A stretch of 64,000 bases of DNA from Octopus sinensis (GCF_006345805.1 NC_042997.1:180110001-180174000); one strand, 5' to 3'. Counted from the first letter of the stretch, positions 28,986 through 42,360 are shown. Notes: generated by a model not told the origin, from the letters alone. A program made the numbers and translations.

Positions 28986-29296
28986 TTTCTCTCACTTTTT
29001 CACACACTCTTTGTCTTTCTCCATGTTTCCTACAAATTATTACTTAAAAACAAGCACACACACACATAATCACACGCTCAATCACACACACGCACACACA
29101 CAAACAGACACGCAGTGAGGATGAGGGCTCAACAATGCATTAATGGATAAATATTCTTTGTGTGTAGATTAACATATCAATCAATGGTTTCAGTTGAAGA
29201 GACCTTCGCAATTGTTCAAGTGTGCAACGTGATTGTCTCACGAGTGTGGCACGCCTGAATGATTTTAAACATCTCTTGGTATGAAACCATGATTGC

Positions 29297-29385
29297 TTTT
29301 ACAAGATTAATACCGAAGACGGAGTGTAACTAGAAGCATTTAATACCACTAGTTACACTCCGTCTTCCCTATTAATCTTTTAAAA
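29297..29385. other. Long near-perfect hairpin (pre-miRNA-like)
   Basis: 19-bp perfect core GAAGACGGAGTGTAACTAG / CTAGTTACACTCCGTCTTC, 15-nt loop, 2x2 internal loop, then about 16 more paired bases. Confidence 0.6.
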
Positions 29386-29589
29386 ATGTACTCTATGTGC
29401 ATTTCGGAATTGAAGACTTAGATCCAACAATGAACGCTCAGTATCGCTGATGACGCCTGGTAGGCATAAGTGGTGAACGTGCTCTGCAGACACACTACCT
29501 GGGACTTACTCTGAAACATGGTTTGGATACTGCATTTAATTCCTTAATGGTAAATGTGTTTTATATATATGTATATTTATATGTATGTA

Positions 29590-29726
29590 AGTATATATAT
29601 ATATGTGTGTGTGTGTGTATGCATATATATATATATATCTAAAATACATATATAGCAATATATTATATATATATATATTATTATATTATATATATATTAT
29701 ATACCACACACCACACACATATATAT

Positions 29727-29823
<97 letters not shown>
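29590..29823. repeat. (TA)n-dominated compound microsatellite, one of dozens of TA/CA tracts in the window
   Basis: Directly visible; similar tracts at about 0.8, 1.2, 1.5, 3.4, 10.5, 12.8, 14.8, 19.5, 27.6, 39.7, 40.2, 41.6, 45.7, 46.3 and 60.3 kb. Confidence 0.95.
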
Positions 29824-32569
29824 GCGTGTTTGAATGTTGTGAGTTGCGAAAATCCCTTTTGGGATTCTTAAGAGATCATATGATCTTATAGATGTTCCAG
29901 CTTTTACAAATATTTATTCTACTTGAGGAAATACTAATTGCCTTAGTATATCATTTGCTCTTGCTTTGTAGTCACGTTATAAATTGCGGCTATATTTTGG
30001 TATTCATTTGCATATTTTATTATGTAGGTATTTACTTCCTTTCGGTAAAAACATTATTCGTATAAGACGCCCACACAAGTTTCGGTGCATTGTTGGCGTT
30101 GCTATCCATTTATACATCAGTAAAATACTCTAAAAACGACAACTTCGCATTATTTGTGCACGCATTCACATCCATATTCACACAAATAAACACGCACAAT
30201 GACAGATACACACACACATAGAAATGTCTGTATGTATATATGTATGTAGTTATGTTCTTATTTGATGTTTCTTGTTTATGCCCATATCTCTGAGTGAGTG
30301 CGAGTATGTATTCTCAAACAAATTCTGACATTGATATCTGAACTTTGCCTTTCAATTCTAACCCACATCTCTTTGTGTTAATCACAATATGCTTACGTCA
30401 TAACAATACGCTTCGGGTATAATAAATCCGATGTGCCTGACCCCGACATTTGCACGACTAACAGAGATTACGTGACGTTCGTGTCATTTAAGTGTAAATA
30501 TTTAGTAAAGAATCGACTAAATAACAGAAAAAAAGAAATTTAAAGATAGAAAGGATACAAAAATATTTTTTAAAAATAACGTTAAGAAAATATTGAGAAA
30601 AGAAAAAAACTAAATGAAGATTAACAAAGCATAATGCAAAGATGGAACAGATTGGTAAAAAGAAAGTATAATTCTTTTGAATAGGTTAATCGTATAGTAT
30701 TGAAGTAGTGAATGTCGTATAAATATCGATTTATGAGGCGACGTACGTAGATTGAAGATTGTATCATGGGATCGTAGAAAAATCTTTAAAGTTTCTACCT
30801 GTTGAATTTCTCTCAATTCAAATATTTGTTATCAGGAAATTGTCACAATGCTTTCCCCTTACCTTATATAGAGATATTTAATATAGAATAATATTTCCTA
30901 CTCAAAGTCAAGGCCATATTTTATAAGGAAAACAAAAGAACTTTTGATGAACATGATTTTTAAGGAAACTAAAAGGACTTTTCACGTAATGCAAATAACG
31001 TAATTAATATGAAATGTATATAGATGAACATGGTCTGTACGTATGTTGCTTCTGTTTCTTTTCAACACTCCTCCCGACAGAGATTGAATATAGTTTATAA
31101 CACTGGGCTAAATATCACATAAGTGCTATATTCTACTTTTCGCATTTTCAACCGCAGTATTTTCGAAGGCACTAAAATATTTGTGCTTTACTCGTAAGCT
31201 AATAGATACGAGTAATATACAAGACTATGCCATAATTTCATTTTAAAGAAATGAATTTGAAAAAACACACTATACTACAAATATAGTTTAAGCAAGTGTG
31301 GTGCACATTAATGTATGCAAAACAATTCACATTATGTTACACATTAAAAATGTGAAAACATCATATTACTATCTACTTGTAATTTGTAATTTTTTTTTGC
31401 AATAAAGATATCGTGGTTGCATCATATATAGCGCCATAATGTAGAAGAAATGTTCCGTTAAGCTCGCTAAATTTGGTTATTTTTGTACCTGAAGAGGCAT
31501 TCGAGTAAAACTTTCCCTATGCCATTATTTTTGTAATGCACATTAACAAATTTCCCCCATTATCTAAAACCTTAGATGTACTTATAGGAGAACTATAACC
31601 TTTTCGTGCTATTTACATGGCGCCCGACTTTTTAATATTAATATTTTGACTTTCCAATTAATTCCAACACAATGAAAAAGGTGTTGTATTACTATAGTGC
31701 GTCATCTTCTACCTCTTACTAAGCCAGTTATGTTCTTCACAAACGTATCGATGTAACAGAAATCAATTTAGTAAGCATTAAATAGTTTATTATCTTTACT
31801 CAAGTTAAGTTTGATGGTTAAATTTATACAAATGAATTTATCAAATTGTACGTGCACTTAAAATCATTGAATTAATTTTAAACTGTAAGAGAAATACAGA
31901 AGCATCATTGATCATGTTTTATTAATTTGATATACGACGTATATTTATAGTAGGTGTAAATGTTAAACTATCGATGAAAAGTCTAGAATTTAAATTGAAT
32001 TTGTTGTGTCTACATGCAAGAATTTAAAATATCCCACTCATATTGATTGTATATAATCTTTCCTATATTCAAAGGAACGATGTATTATCACGTAGAAATT
32101 AGTTATCTTGAAAATATTTTTTTCGAAACTCCCTTATTATTACTATTTCAAACGGTTGAGAGTTTCGAAATACTTCATCAAGAAATTTACAAACAATCTC
32201 CTTTCAAACCAATAAGGTATTAGTTTCGTCAATATATATTTCTGTAATTGCTTGTTACTATATTGAATATCAATATTTTTCGGAACGCGAATATCTCGGT
32301 GCTATTCTGTTCTCGGTTTGATATAAATATTCCGTTCTGCACACACGAAACGTTCTTCTTATCCAACTGCCCCCGTTTAGTATGCAGTGATAAGCTACTC
32401 TTGGAATTCACTCCTCTTAATCATTCAAATAATCATGGGTTATAAATTACTAGGTCTGAAATTACTTAATATCATTAGTCTATACATTTATATATTTTAA
32501 GGTGATTCTATGAATAATATATAAATAAAAGTTGCTGTTAATTATTTCACTTGTCCTGTCCGTTCCCTT

Positions 32570-32631
<62 letters not shown>

Positions 32632-32689
32632 TGTGTGTGTTTGTGTGTGTATGTGTGTGTGTATGTGTGTGTGTATATACGCATGTAAA

Positions 32690-33205
32690 ACGAACCTTCA
32701 CCAGCTATTCCGCCTATATGCCTCTGCACTCCTTTGAATACAATGTATGCCAAAGGGTTTGCAAATCCAACGGAGGCACCAAAGGACATTTTAAGATCCA
32801 CAAAGAGCAGAACTTAATCTGCAGCATTTGGTGGTCACAATCGTAGGTGCTAAGGTGCAGGTACAGGAGGTGGTCAAATTCTGCATAAGAAGTAGACAAC
32901 CACCATGTATGATTGTATGTAGGAGAGTACCGGAGAAAAGTGGGTGTGTGTGTGTGTATGTCTAGTGAGTCATCAAACATCTCACAGGAATCGACCCATG
33001 ATAAACAGTGATGTGGCTATTAAAATTCACAACAGAACATGTGTAAAATGTGGAAGGTTGTACCTCTGAGACGGAGGTCTGAAAGGACATGTTAAGAGAG
33101 TGCATATGGTGGCACAGGTTTATATTGCCAGCTAGCACAGTCGTCCAGTATGTAATAAAATGTGTAAAAATTTGGTTGGACTTAAAAGTCATATAAGGGC
33201 ATCAT
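32690..33205 (+). mobile_element. RTE LINE 3' end fragments with C2H2-like zinc-finger repeats
   Basis: YNVCQRVCKSNGGTKGHFKIH, CVKCGRLYL*DGGLKGHVKRVH and CNKMCKNLVGLKSHIR; 3' UTR 32840-32925 matches the reverse complement of 7223-7310. Confidence 0.65.
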
Positions 33206-33301
33206 ATGGCATCAATAATGAATTATTTCATTAATTATTTTTGGCAACGGCTTTTCTCGTGTAGCGAAGCCGCAATTATGATATTTGTATATGTGTGCGT
33301 G

Positions 33302-33351
<50 letters not shown>

Positions 33352-33761
33352 ATATATATATATATATATGACTGCGACTATGATAGATATGTCTAATTGT
33401 ATATATATATATTACACACATATAAGAGGAATGACCACTAGCTGGATTCCTAATATGCTACAGTCCATATGGTCTGGCCACTAAAAAACTAGGGGGCTAT
33501 TTTTAGCATATTAGTAATCCACCTCTTATATGTATGCAATACATTTTTCTGAATCTTCGGATGTTTTTAAATATGCTAGGCCACTAGTTTAAATTGATAA
33601 TAATTTAATAAATGTTAATTTTTACCCTCATTATTTAAATTATATATATATATATATATTATATATATATAATATATATAATATATATATATTTTAAATT
33701 AATTTACTCTGCTATGTATTGAGTACCATTTACTGTGGTTAACCCCGACTCAACCGGGACC

Positions 33762-33798
<37 letters not shown>

Positions 33799-33853
33799 GT
33801 ATATATGAAAAAACAAGTTAGAAAATGCTAAAATAATTTTATAAAGAACATTT

Positions 33854-33891
33854 CAGTACCGGTTTCGGTCATTTTGAGACCTTTTCAACTG
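33854..33891 (-). ncRNA. Minimal hammerhead ribozyme motif, U3-A8 variant
   Basis: CAG-UUGAAAA-GGUC-UCAAAAU-GACC-GAAAC-CG-GUA-CUG; stems I and II pair perfectly; palindromic ACCGGU. Confidence 0.65.
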
Positions 33892-34256
33892 TAACGATTA
33901 AATAATTAAATTTAGAAAAATTAAAAGAAAAGTTTTTTTAAAGGAATATTTGTATAATGTTTAAATATAAGTGGCATTTTCCTTGTTTCTGCCTTTCTCT
34001 GTCTCTCTTGTTTACACTTGTGGGTTCGAGGTCGTTGTGAATTCTTGGTACGGTAGAAGAAGAAGAAGAAGGATGATGAAGAGAAGGGCTGGGAAAATTT
34101 GGGATGCCTTGATTGTCGTATTTTGAATGGTCAGTGGCGGCTAGCAGTTGCAGTTCAATTCATGAGAATATTTCTATTGAAAGGTTTGTTTATAGAATTT
34201 GCGTAGGTGTTATACTAAAAAGCATTAGTGATAAAGTTAAGAAGTAGAAGGTGGAG

Positions 34257-34351
34257 CAGAAGAAGAAGAAGAAGAAGAAGAAGAAGAAAAAGAAGAAGGA
34301 GAAGAAGAAGAAGGAGAAGGAGAAGAAGAAGAAGAAGAAGAAGAAGAAGAA

Positions 34352-34392
<41 letters not shown>

Positions 34393-34447
34393 CGATGTTG
34401 ATGATGATGAAGAAGAAGAAGGAGAAGGAGAAGAAGAAGAGGAAGAA

Positions 34448-34480
<33 letters not shown>

Positions 34481-34600
34481 GAAGAAGAAGAAGAAGAAGA
34501 AGAAGAAGAAGAAGAAGAAAAAGAAGAAGAAGAATATGATGATGATGATGATGGTGATGATAATAATGATGATGAAAAAGAGGAAGATGTAGAAGAAAGA
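34257..34600 (+). repeat. Compound (AAG)n/(ATG)n trinucleotide array inside the PLE 3' UTR
   Basis: Alternating in-phase GAA and GAT blocks. Confidence 0.95.
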
Positions 34601-34816
34601 GAAGGGAGAATATGAATGAGTGGAAGTAGTGAGGTGTTGTATGACTTGAAGTAGGCACGTTATTGGTTATAGCTGTGATTGGGGCTGATTTGTAATGGAT
34701 TCTTTGGAATATAATATTTGCGTGTGTATTTGTGTTATTCTAAAGCTGAGGTGTATATATCGTTTGTCGTAGACCCGTTAAGAAGTGACCTGTGTTTTGT
34801 AATAAAGAGAGTTTCT

Positions 34817-35227
34817 TTACTTATTCGTTGTCTCGAGGTTGTATCGTCCCTGAATTGGTAGAGGGGGAATAATCCTGAAGCTTGGTGTTTTGTTGTTGGC
34901 GCAAGTATCTATGTGTTGGCTGAATGCTATTTTTCTGTTTTGGGAAATTTTTATCTGGGATCTGTGCAGGGCCATTCTTTTACGCAAACTATTTTTTGTT
35001 TGTCCTATGTACTGCTCTTGACACCCAGAGCAGGTTAGTGTGTATATCAGGTTCTCCGAAGCACATGTGAAGTTGCTTTTCACTGTAAACCGTTGTCCCT
35101 GTTTGAAGGAGGACTCTGATTCTTCAATTAGATAATCGCATATCCCGCAATTGGGTCTTCCACATTTTTTTACTGTCGGCTTCTGTGTTGAAGAGTGTAT
35201 TCGGGCTTGTGTTAGCAGACTTTTCAT
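34817..35227 (-). pseudogene. PLE GIY-YIG endonuclease domain
   Basis: LIY-x10-YIG with conserved R and H downstream; preceded by CxxxxCxxC linker. Confidence 0.88.
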
Positions 35228-35445
35228 AGATTTAGGCTGTCTCTCGCTTTTTAATGATCGTGTGTGTTTGGAGGATTGTGTTCATTCTGTGGTCTTTTTT
35301 TTAGGAGGGGTATGTTTTGGAGGATGGTGTCGAAGGCTTCATTGTTGAGAGGGTTGTGTGTGGAAATTTATGGTAAGGCTTTTAGTCGTAAATTTTTCTT
35401 TGATTTGGGATGTTCCTGGATGTTGAGTTGAAGGGCACGTTGAAA

Positions 35446-36250
35446 TCATATGTCAATAAGTGAAGGTGGGTAGTTCCTGGTGATGAGGGTATCTTTTAGT
35501 TCTTGTAGTCGTGTGTCTCTGGTGTTTGCATTAGAAACTATAGTACTTATCCTTTTTGATAGATTGAAGGGGATATTCATTCTGGTGTGTCTGGGGTGGC
35601 ATGAATTGAATGGCAGGTATTGCTTAGAATCTGTAGGTTTATAGTATATGTCTGTTTCTATTACATTATTAGCTTTCTTAATGAGGATATCGAGGAAGGG
35701 GAGTTGTTGCTGGCTATATTCCATCGTGAATTGGATGTTTACGTCCAGTCCATTTGAAATTGCTTGGAATTCTTTGAATTTCTCTATATATTTCATACCA
35801 AAGAATGAAACAGTCATCTAGATATCTCTTCCAGTTGTTTTCTATGTAAATGGAGAAGGGACTGCCATATATTTCTAGAACCTTACGATACAGACTGATT
35901 TCTAGATATCCTATGACTAGGTCGGCAAAGGAGGGTGCCATTCGTGTACCCATCGCAGTCACGGATTTTTGTCGGTAGAAGTTGTCTTTGAAGGCGAAGA
36001 AGTTATTTTCTAGGACGAATTTAACCCCTTCTATCACGAATTCTTTTTTGATGCGATGTGGGAGTTCGTTGACGTGATTCTCTAGCCAGAATTGAATTGC
36101 CTCTATTCCTATGTTGTGGGGGATATTTGAATATAGGTTGACTACATCGAAGGATACTAGTAGGGTGTTTTTGTATATAGCATTAGGTAGGTGATTGAGC
36201 ATATCCAACTCGTCCCTTATATAGATTTTGACATGTTTGAGGAGTGGTAT
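35446..36250 (-). pseudogene. PLE reverse transcriptase/thumb, frameshifted
   Basis: Overlapping ORFs 35714-36376 and 35446-35817 with a YLDD catalytic motif; the 5' end runs into (TA)n. Confidence 0.9.
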
Positions 36251-36256
36251 ATATAC

Positions 36257-36295
<39 letters not shown>

Positions 36296-36589
36296 TTTAT
36301 ACATATATACAAATACATACATAAATATACATATATATGCATACACATATATACATAACATACAGTTAGATAACATATAGATAGATATAGAGATATAGAT
36401 AGATATTATTTACAAGTATATATATACACATAGGAAATATATATGCGTTTTTATAGAAGTGTTTGTAAACTTCCTCCCATATATATATATATACATATAT
36501 ACATATTTGTAGGTATCAGTGTACATCCCTACCTACTGAGCAACATACCTACCTACTTACCTACCTACCTAGCTTCCTGCCTACATACC

Positions 36590-36680
36590 TTCCTACATAC
36601 ATACATACATACATACATACATACATACATACATACATACATACATACATACATACATACATACATACATCATACATACA
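36590..36680. repeat. (TACA)n microsatellite
   Basis: Directly visible. Confidence 0.95.
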
Positions 36681-36926
36681 TAGCAGCATACAAACTTATA
36701 TGGGAATATTGCAGCAATAATCAAACATTTCGTAAATCTGTTAGCTATTTTAGACAGTAGAAGACTGAATTTGACGGCTTGAATAAACCACCTCTTTAGA
36801 GATTTTGTATGTCGTGTTCCTATCATTTATATACATTAGTATTCTGCTTCCTGCATTACTGTCTATTAGTGTCTTTTAAGTCTATATACTCTCTCTCACA
36901 TCCACACACACACACACACACACACA

Positions 36927-37016
<90 letters not shown>

Positions 37017-37845
37017 GTATATATGTATGTATGTATATGTTTGTATGTGTTCTAGGCATGTATGTAAATTTATCACTGTTCGTGTTTGCGGGCATGTGTC
37101 TGTATGTGTATGTAGTTATATCTTATAATCAACTTAACAGAAGTTTTAACAACATTATTCATTCAGAAAATGGCTGTCAGGTGAATATATAAAAAAGAAT
37201 TAGCATCCATTTACTTTTAATTTAATTAGTTAACCTGAAAATGTACATCGCTTATCAAATTAAATTTCCCCCTGGTGTGATATTAGAAAAGGTGTCGAAC
37301 ATTAAAATAGGTTAGACATGATTAATAGTTATTTTGCATAGCCGTTGACCTATTAGGTAGGAATGTTATAAGGTACCATTTGGAATGAAGGTCAATATCT
37401 CTGGAGAAAGGTAATTCCTTTTGGAATACTTATAAATTCTTCAGACACCAAAATGCATGAAGGAGTTACCCAAACTTTTCAAAATTTGATTAAAAGTTAT
37501 TAGAAAAAAAACAGACGTAAGGTAACTATTTATATACAATAAATTTGAGAGAATAACTAACTACACCTTTCAAATTAATGCATTTTCTTAGACAAGATTT
37601 TCTGCAAATATATTTAGATTCTGTAGACTGAATTGATATATGTATATATTTTTGATTTGTTTGATTCGCGATATGAGGTTGCTCAGAAGTTCTTGTCTGC
37701 CGTTCGAAGAGTGCTTAAAATCTTATCAGATGCAAAATATCTAGGACTACATCGGGAAGTACAAATTCTTGATGTTCTGAGGTGCAGAACATGTATGTAT
37801 ACTACCTATTCTACCACCTAATTTAAACACAGAATATATATATAT

Positions 37846-38375
37846 CACTGTGACCGACCAGGCTATCAGATGTTGCTACACATCGCTAGTCAGAATGCGC
37901 TTCGCATCGTTTTAGCCTTCAAATGACACCACCCCGCTGGCTAAGCGAGCAGGCCAACAGAAGAAAGCGTGGGAGAAAGTTATGGCAAAAGAGTACAGCA
38001 GAGATCGCCACCAACCCTGCCGGAGCATCGTGGAGCTTTTAGGTGTTTTCGCTCAATAATCACTCACAACGCCCGGTCTGGAATGGAAACCTATTTCATT
38101 ATTACCCACAAGGGGCTAAACACAGAGGGGACAAACAAGGACAGACATAGGTATTAAGTCGATTACATCGACCCCAGTGTTTAACTGGTACTTAATTTAT
38201 CGACCCCGAAAGGATGAAAGGCAAAGTCGACCTCGGCGTAATTTGAACTCACAACGTAATACAGACGAAATACCGCTAAGCATTTCGCCCGGCGTGCTAA
38301 CGTTTCTGCCAGCTCGCCGCCAACTGGACTGGAAACCGCGAATCCGCTGCCCTAACCACTGGGCCATTGCGCACC
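37846..38375 (-). mobile_element. SINE family A (tail type ii) split by a nested family B SINE
   Basis: Body 37846-38080; head GCGAATCCGCTGCCCTAACCACTGGGCCATTGCGC at 38337-38371. Confidence 0.85.
38090..38321 (-). mobile_element. SINE family B, full length, nested in family A
   Basis: Ends in GCCAGCTCGCCGCC; flanked by the near-duplicate CTGGAATGGAAACC / CTGGACTGGAAACC. Confidence 0.88.
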
Positions 38376-38429
38376 CACACACACACATCGTCAATCTGTG
38401 TAGCTATCCATCCATCTACATATATATAA

Positions 38430-38820
38430 ACTTTGGCATCGAGAGTTACACAAATGCCAGAACTGGGCGCCACTGCATAGTGCCAAGGACTCCAAATTTG
38501 CCATCAAAATGTAGGACAAGATACTGTGATAGCCTGGTCTTCCGAGGCCCACAGCACTTCAATATCCTCCCGAAGAACCTAAGAGACCTGCATGGGGTGG
38601 ATGCAGATGTCTTTAAAATGAAACTGGATCTCTTCTTGTCAGGTGTCCCAGATGAACCAACTTCACGGCAGGAGGTGCAGATGAGGGCAGCTGCATCGAA
38701 CTCTCTCATGTACCAGATGGCATTTGCTAAAAGGCACTCGTGAAGTAAAATCATGTAGCAACACCAAATGGCGGTGCCCCAGCATGGCCACAGCTTGTGA
38801 GCTGAACTAACTAAAAAAAA
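38430..38820 (+). mobile_element. CR1-type LINE 3' fragment
   Basis: GPQHFNILPKNLRDL...FKMKLDLFLSGVPDEP..AAASNSL; 3' stem-loop and A-rich tail. Confidence 0.8.
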
Positions 38821-38912
38821 AATATATATATATATAATATGTGTTATATACCTATAAAATATAAATAATTTAAAATGTATGTATATAATTCATATTTACG
38901 TACATACAGACA

Positions 38913-38960
<48 letters not shown>

Positions 38961-38974
38961 CATAAAAATAATAT

Positions 38975-39668
38975 TTTCCGGTCCAGAGAACAAGGTGTCA
39001 TCATACCACTTTTTTCTCCTTTGTACGGCCACACCTGAATACTGCTGCCCACTGTGGTCTCCTCACACAAGACAAAACATCTCCAGAATCACTAAACAAA
39101 TTGAAGGCATGGCTGCTCTCGATTATTGGGATCGCCTTAAAGCCTTGAAACTTTACTCCCTCCAGCGTCGCCGTGAGCGGTACATCATTTGTACGATGTG
39201 GAAAATATACCGCCAACTTTGCCCAAACGACCTAAACATTAGCTTCAAGGTTCATCCAAGACTTGGACCACGGGCTATACGTCCCCTGCCAAATTCAAGA
39301 TCACAACATACATGTACACTGCAACATAATTTCTTTTCCTCAACAGGCCCTGCCCTATTTAACATTGTCCCGAGGGAGATCAAAGAGGAAAAGGATCCCA
39401 TCAACTTCAAACAGAGTCTGGATAGATTCCTTCAAAGAATACCAGATAAGTCACCCATAATTGGATACAACTCACCCAACAAGAAATCACTACTTGAACA
39501 AAACTGGATACAACTCACCTAACAAGAACTCACTACTTGAACAAAACTTGACTTAAACAGGATTCGAATAATCCTATCAGGTGGTGCTATTAAGTTAGAC
39601 ATGGCCTGGACCAATCTCTGGTCGAAACATATCTAAGTTTTATCTAAGTTTATAAATTTATATCTAAG

Positions 39669-39670
<2 letters not shown>
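38975..39670 (+). mobile_element. CR1-type LINE 3' fragment (second subfamily)
   Basis: EYCCPLWSP...LDYWDRLKALKLYSLQRRRERYIICTMWKI...GPALFNIVP...FKQSLDRFLQRIPD; tail with TTTATCTAAGT repeats; internal 43-bp tandem duplication at 39462-39547. Confidence 0.85.
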
Positions 39671-39721
<51 letters not shown>

Positions 39722-40165
39722 CGAAATGTTAGCGTGAAGCGGTGTTTAGACATAAACAAAATTTTGGTTAGTTAATATATGTATGTGACATATTTCAACT
39801 GCTAAATTCACTTTCAAATGTCAAATTTACTATTGTTACCGAGTAGAAAATATCTCTCTTATGGTCAAATAGTGTGAAAATACCTGGTTTGTTCAGCGTC
39901 ATCATTTATTAGGAAGTGCGAATATGTCAACTTTGTTGACATTTTACATTAAGATGTTGCTTTATAAGTTTGTTCAGTGTTGCCACTCTTAGGTACATCC
40001 CATTGACAAGAGTCCAAAACCCCGAAATATCGATGTCTGAAACTCTTGATGGATAGCGACACTGAATAAACCGGCTGTTTTCACACTTTTCTACCATCAG
40101 AGACATATTTTCTCCACGAACATTGCAATGTCACAATTATATTTTAACTATCCTATATATGTATA

Positions 40166-40252
<87 letters not shown>

Positions 40253-40266
40253 TATATATCTATATA

Positions 40267-40338
<72 letters not shown>

Positions 40339-40716
40339 TATATATATTTATATTTATATTTATATATATATATATTATGTATTCATACATATATACATAT
40401 GGCGTCATTCGACTAGCTTTTTGTCTCTACAGAACTCATTGCAAGAGAAAACATTTAACGACTTAGATGGAGTCAAAATACATGTAGATAACATTTTTTT
40501 CCTCCAAACCATTGAAATTTTTTGCTGATGGGATATTTAAACTGCTTGACAGATGGGCAAAGGTCATTAATATTAATGGAAATTATTTTATTGAATAAAA
40601 TTTATTGAAACGTCACATATTTATATCCCCTTTTTGCATGTTAAAAACGCTGAGAATTTTCCGGACAACCAAATACAAAGCATACGTAACACACACACAT
40701 ACACACACACACACAC

Positions 40717-40764
<48 letters not shown>

Positions 40765-41558
40765 ACAATTTAATTTTCAATTTCTTATTTTGTATTGATT
40801 TAATATTTGTACACGAGATAATCTAGATTTTCTCAATACGACATGCATTTGATAACATCTGTTGGATTTAGTTCGTAATGGTCTTAGCATTAAGCAGGTA
40901 TTTGCACTGATTCGTCTAAATGGCCTTAGACAACGATTTTAGAGGTTTTACATGTAACCGATGCAAACCTCAACATGGCTGGTAATGAACGCACAGTCAG
41001 TGAAAATGAAGTACTTATGCTTCTACAGATGTGGAACTAGATATGTTTGCTTCTGTAGTCGGACAGTTCTGATTTAAGAAGACGATCATATGCGATGAGC
41101 AGATTTATGAGTATTCTGAAATTAATAATGTAGATACAGACATAGTAAATGATCACACCAAAGTTTGAAAGATGAATCTCAAAAACAAAACAGAAAGGAA
41201 AGAAAATACAGTTTCAGAAAATAAATTCGTTGTCAGCATTTCAAATACATACAGAATTTCTAGGGTAAATACTTTAATTTGCAAACACAAATTTTGTATC
41301 GAGTACAACGAAGAATAAAAATACTATAATCATATAAAAAGAAAACCCACAGCCGCCAATACTAAAAAGTAAGCTGGATCATTATATTGCACTACTTGTG
41401 TAAATGAAGAAGACAAACACATCAAAGATTAAAATCTATACAGTACTGCATTAACATTTTATTTATGTAAGAGGAAGCAGTATTTTACTTGGAAATAAAA
41501 AAAAGAAATCTTTCAGATCTTTTCTTTGTATACATACTATAGCTCCCGTATATATATA

Positions 41559-41624
<66 letters not shown>

Positions 41625-42278
41625 CATATATTTGTATGTGTACATGTATACACATTTCTGTCTGTTCTCAATATATCTCATCATTAAATATGTCTGTGTT
41701 TGTGTGTACGTGTATCAATGTGTGTTTGTACGTATATGTACATCTATATATGTATCTGTATATATATATATATATATATATCATTCGTGACACTATTTTA
41801 AATGGTTCATCGAGGTTTCGTAATTGTCTTCGGATATTTCTTATGTCTTTGATCATGTGAGCAATATAATCTGAACATTGAATTTCAATAAAGGAACAAA
41901 TTCACTGAGGCCTTGGGAATAATGATGTTATTATAAATAAAGGACACCACGCTGGTTACGATGAATAAAGAACGTAGCATAACGAACTTCAGTAGCTAAT
42001 AAAATATTCAGAATAAAATAAAATGCGTGGCTGGTAAACTTAATTGTTTTGAAACGTGGTTCGCTTTGGATAATTAAGTCTGCGAATGATTGGACAATTA
42101 TGTTCCTCAGCGTCGCTGAAAATTGAAGTAAAAGTGACTTTCTACTGGCGATAAATTTCAATATATGTGATGTCTGTGGGTAGTGGAGTGCTATTATAAA
42201 AGGACTAACAAAGACAGTACGCATTAAAAGGCTTCTGCAAACTTACACAAACGCATGCATACACACAAACCACATACG

Positions 42279-42360
<82 letters not shown>

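Larger units (their letters stand above)
33795..36250 (-). mobile_element. Penelope-like retroelement, 5'-truncated (RT + thumb + Cys-rich linker + GIY-YIG + 3' UTR/hammerhead)
   Basis: ORF pieces: LVSFDVVNLYSNIPH...TAMGTRMAPSFADL...WKRYLDDCF (RT); LPFLDILI...TDIYYKPTDSKQYL..SCHP (thumb); KCGRPNCGIC; NLIYTLTCSGCQEQYIGQT..LRKRMALHRSQI (GIY-YIG). Confidence 0.92.

Noticed and set aside
29447-29470. CTGATGA followed by a GCCT/AGGC stem
   Set aside because: Lacks the GAAA half of the hammerhead core
34215-34658. Poly-K/poly-M and poly-L/poly-H ORFs
   Set aside because: Translations of the AAG/ATG triplet array
39600-39635. Stem-loop followed by GAAAC, hammerhead-like
   Set aside because: No CUGANGA upstream; better explained as the CR1 3' recognition stem-loop
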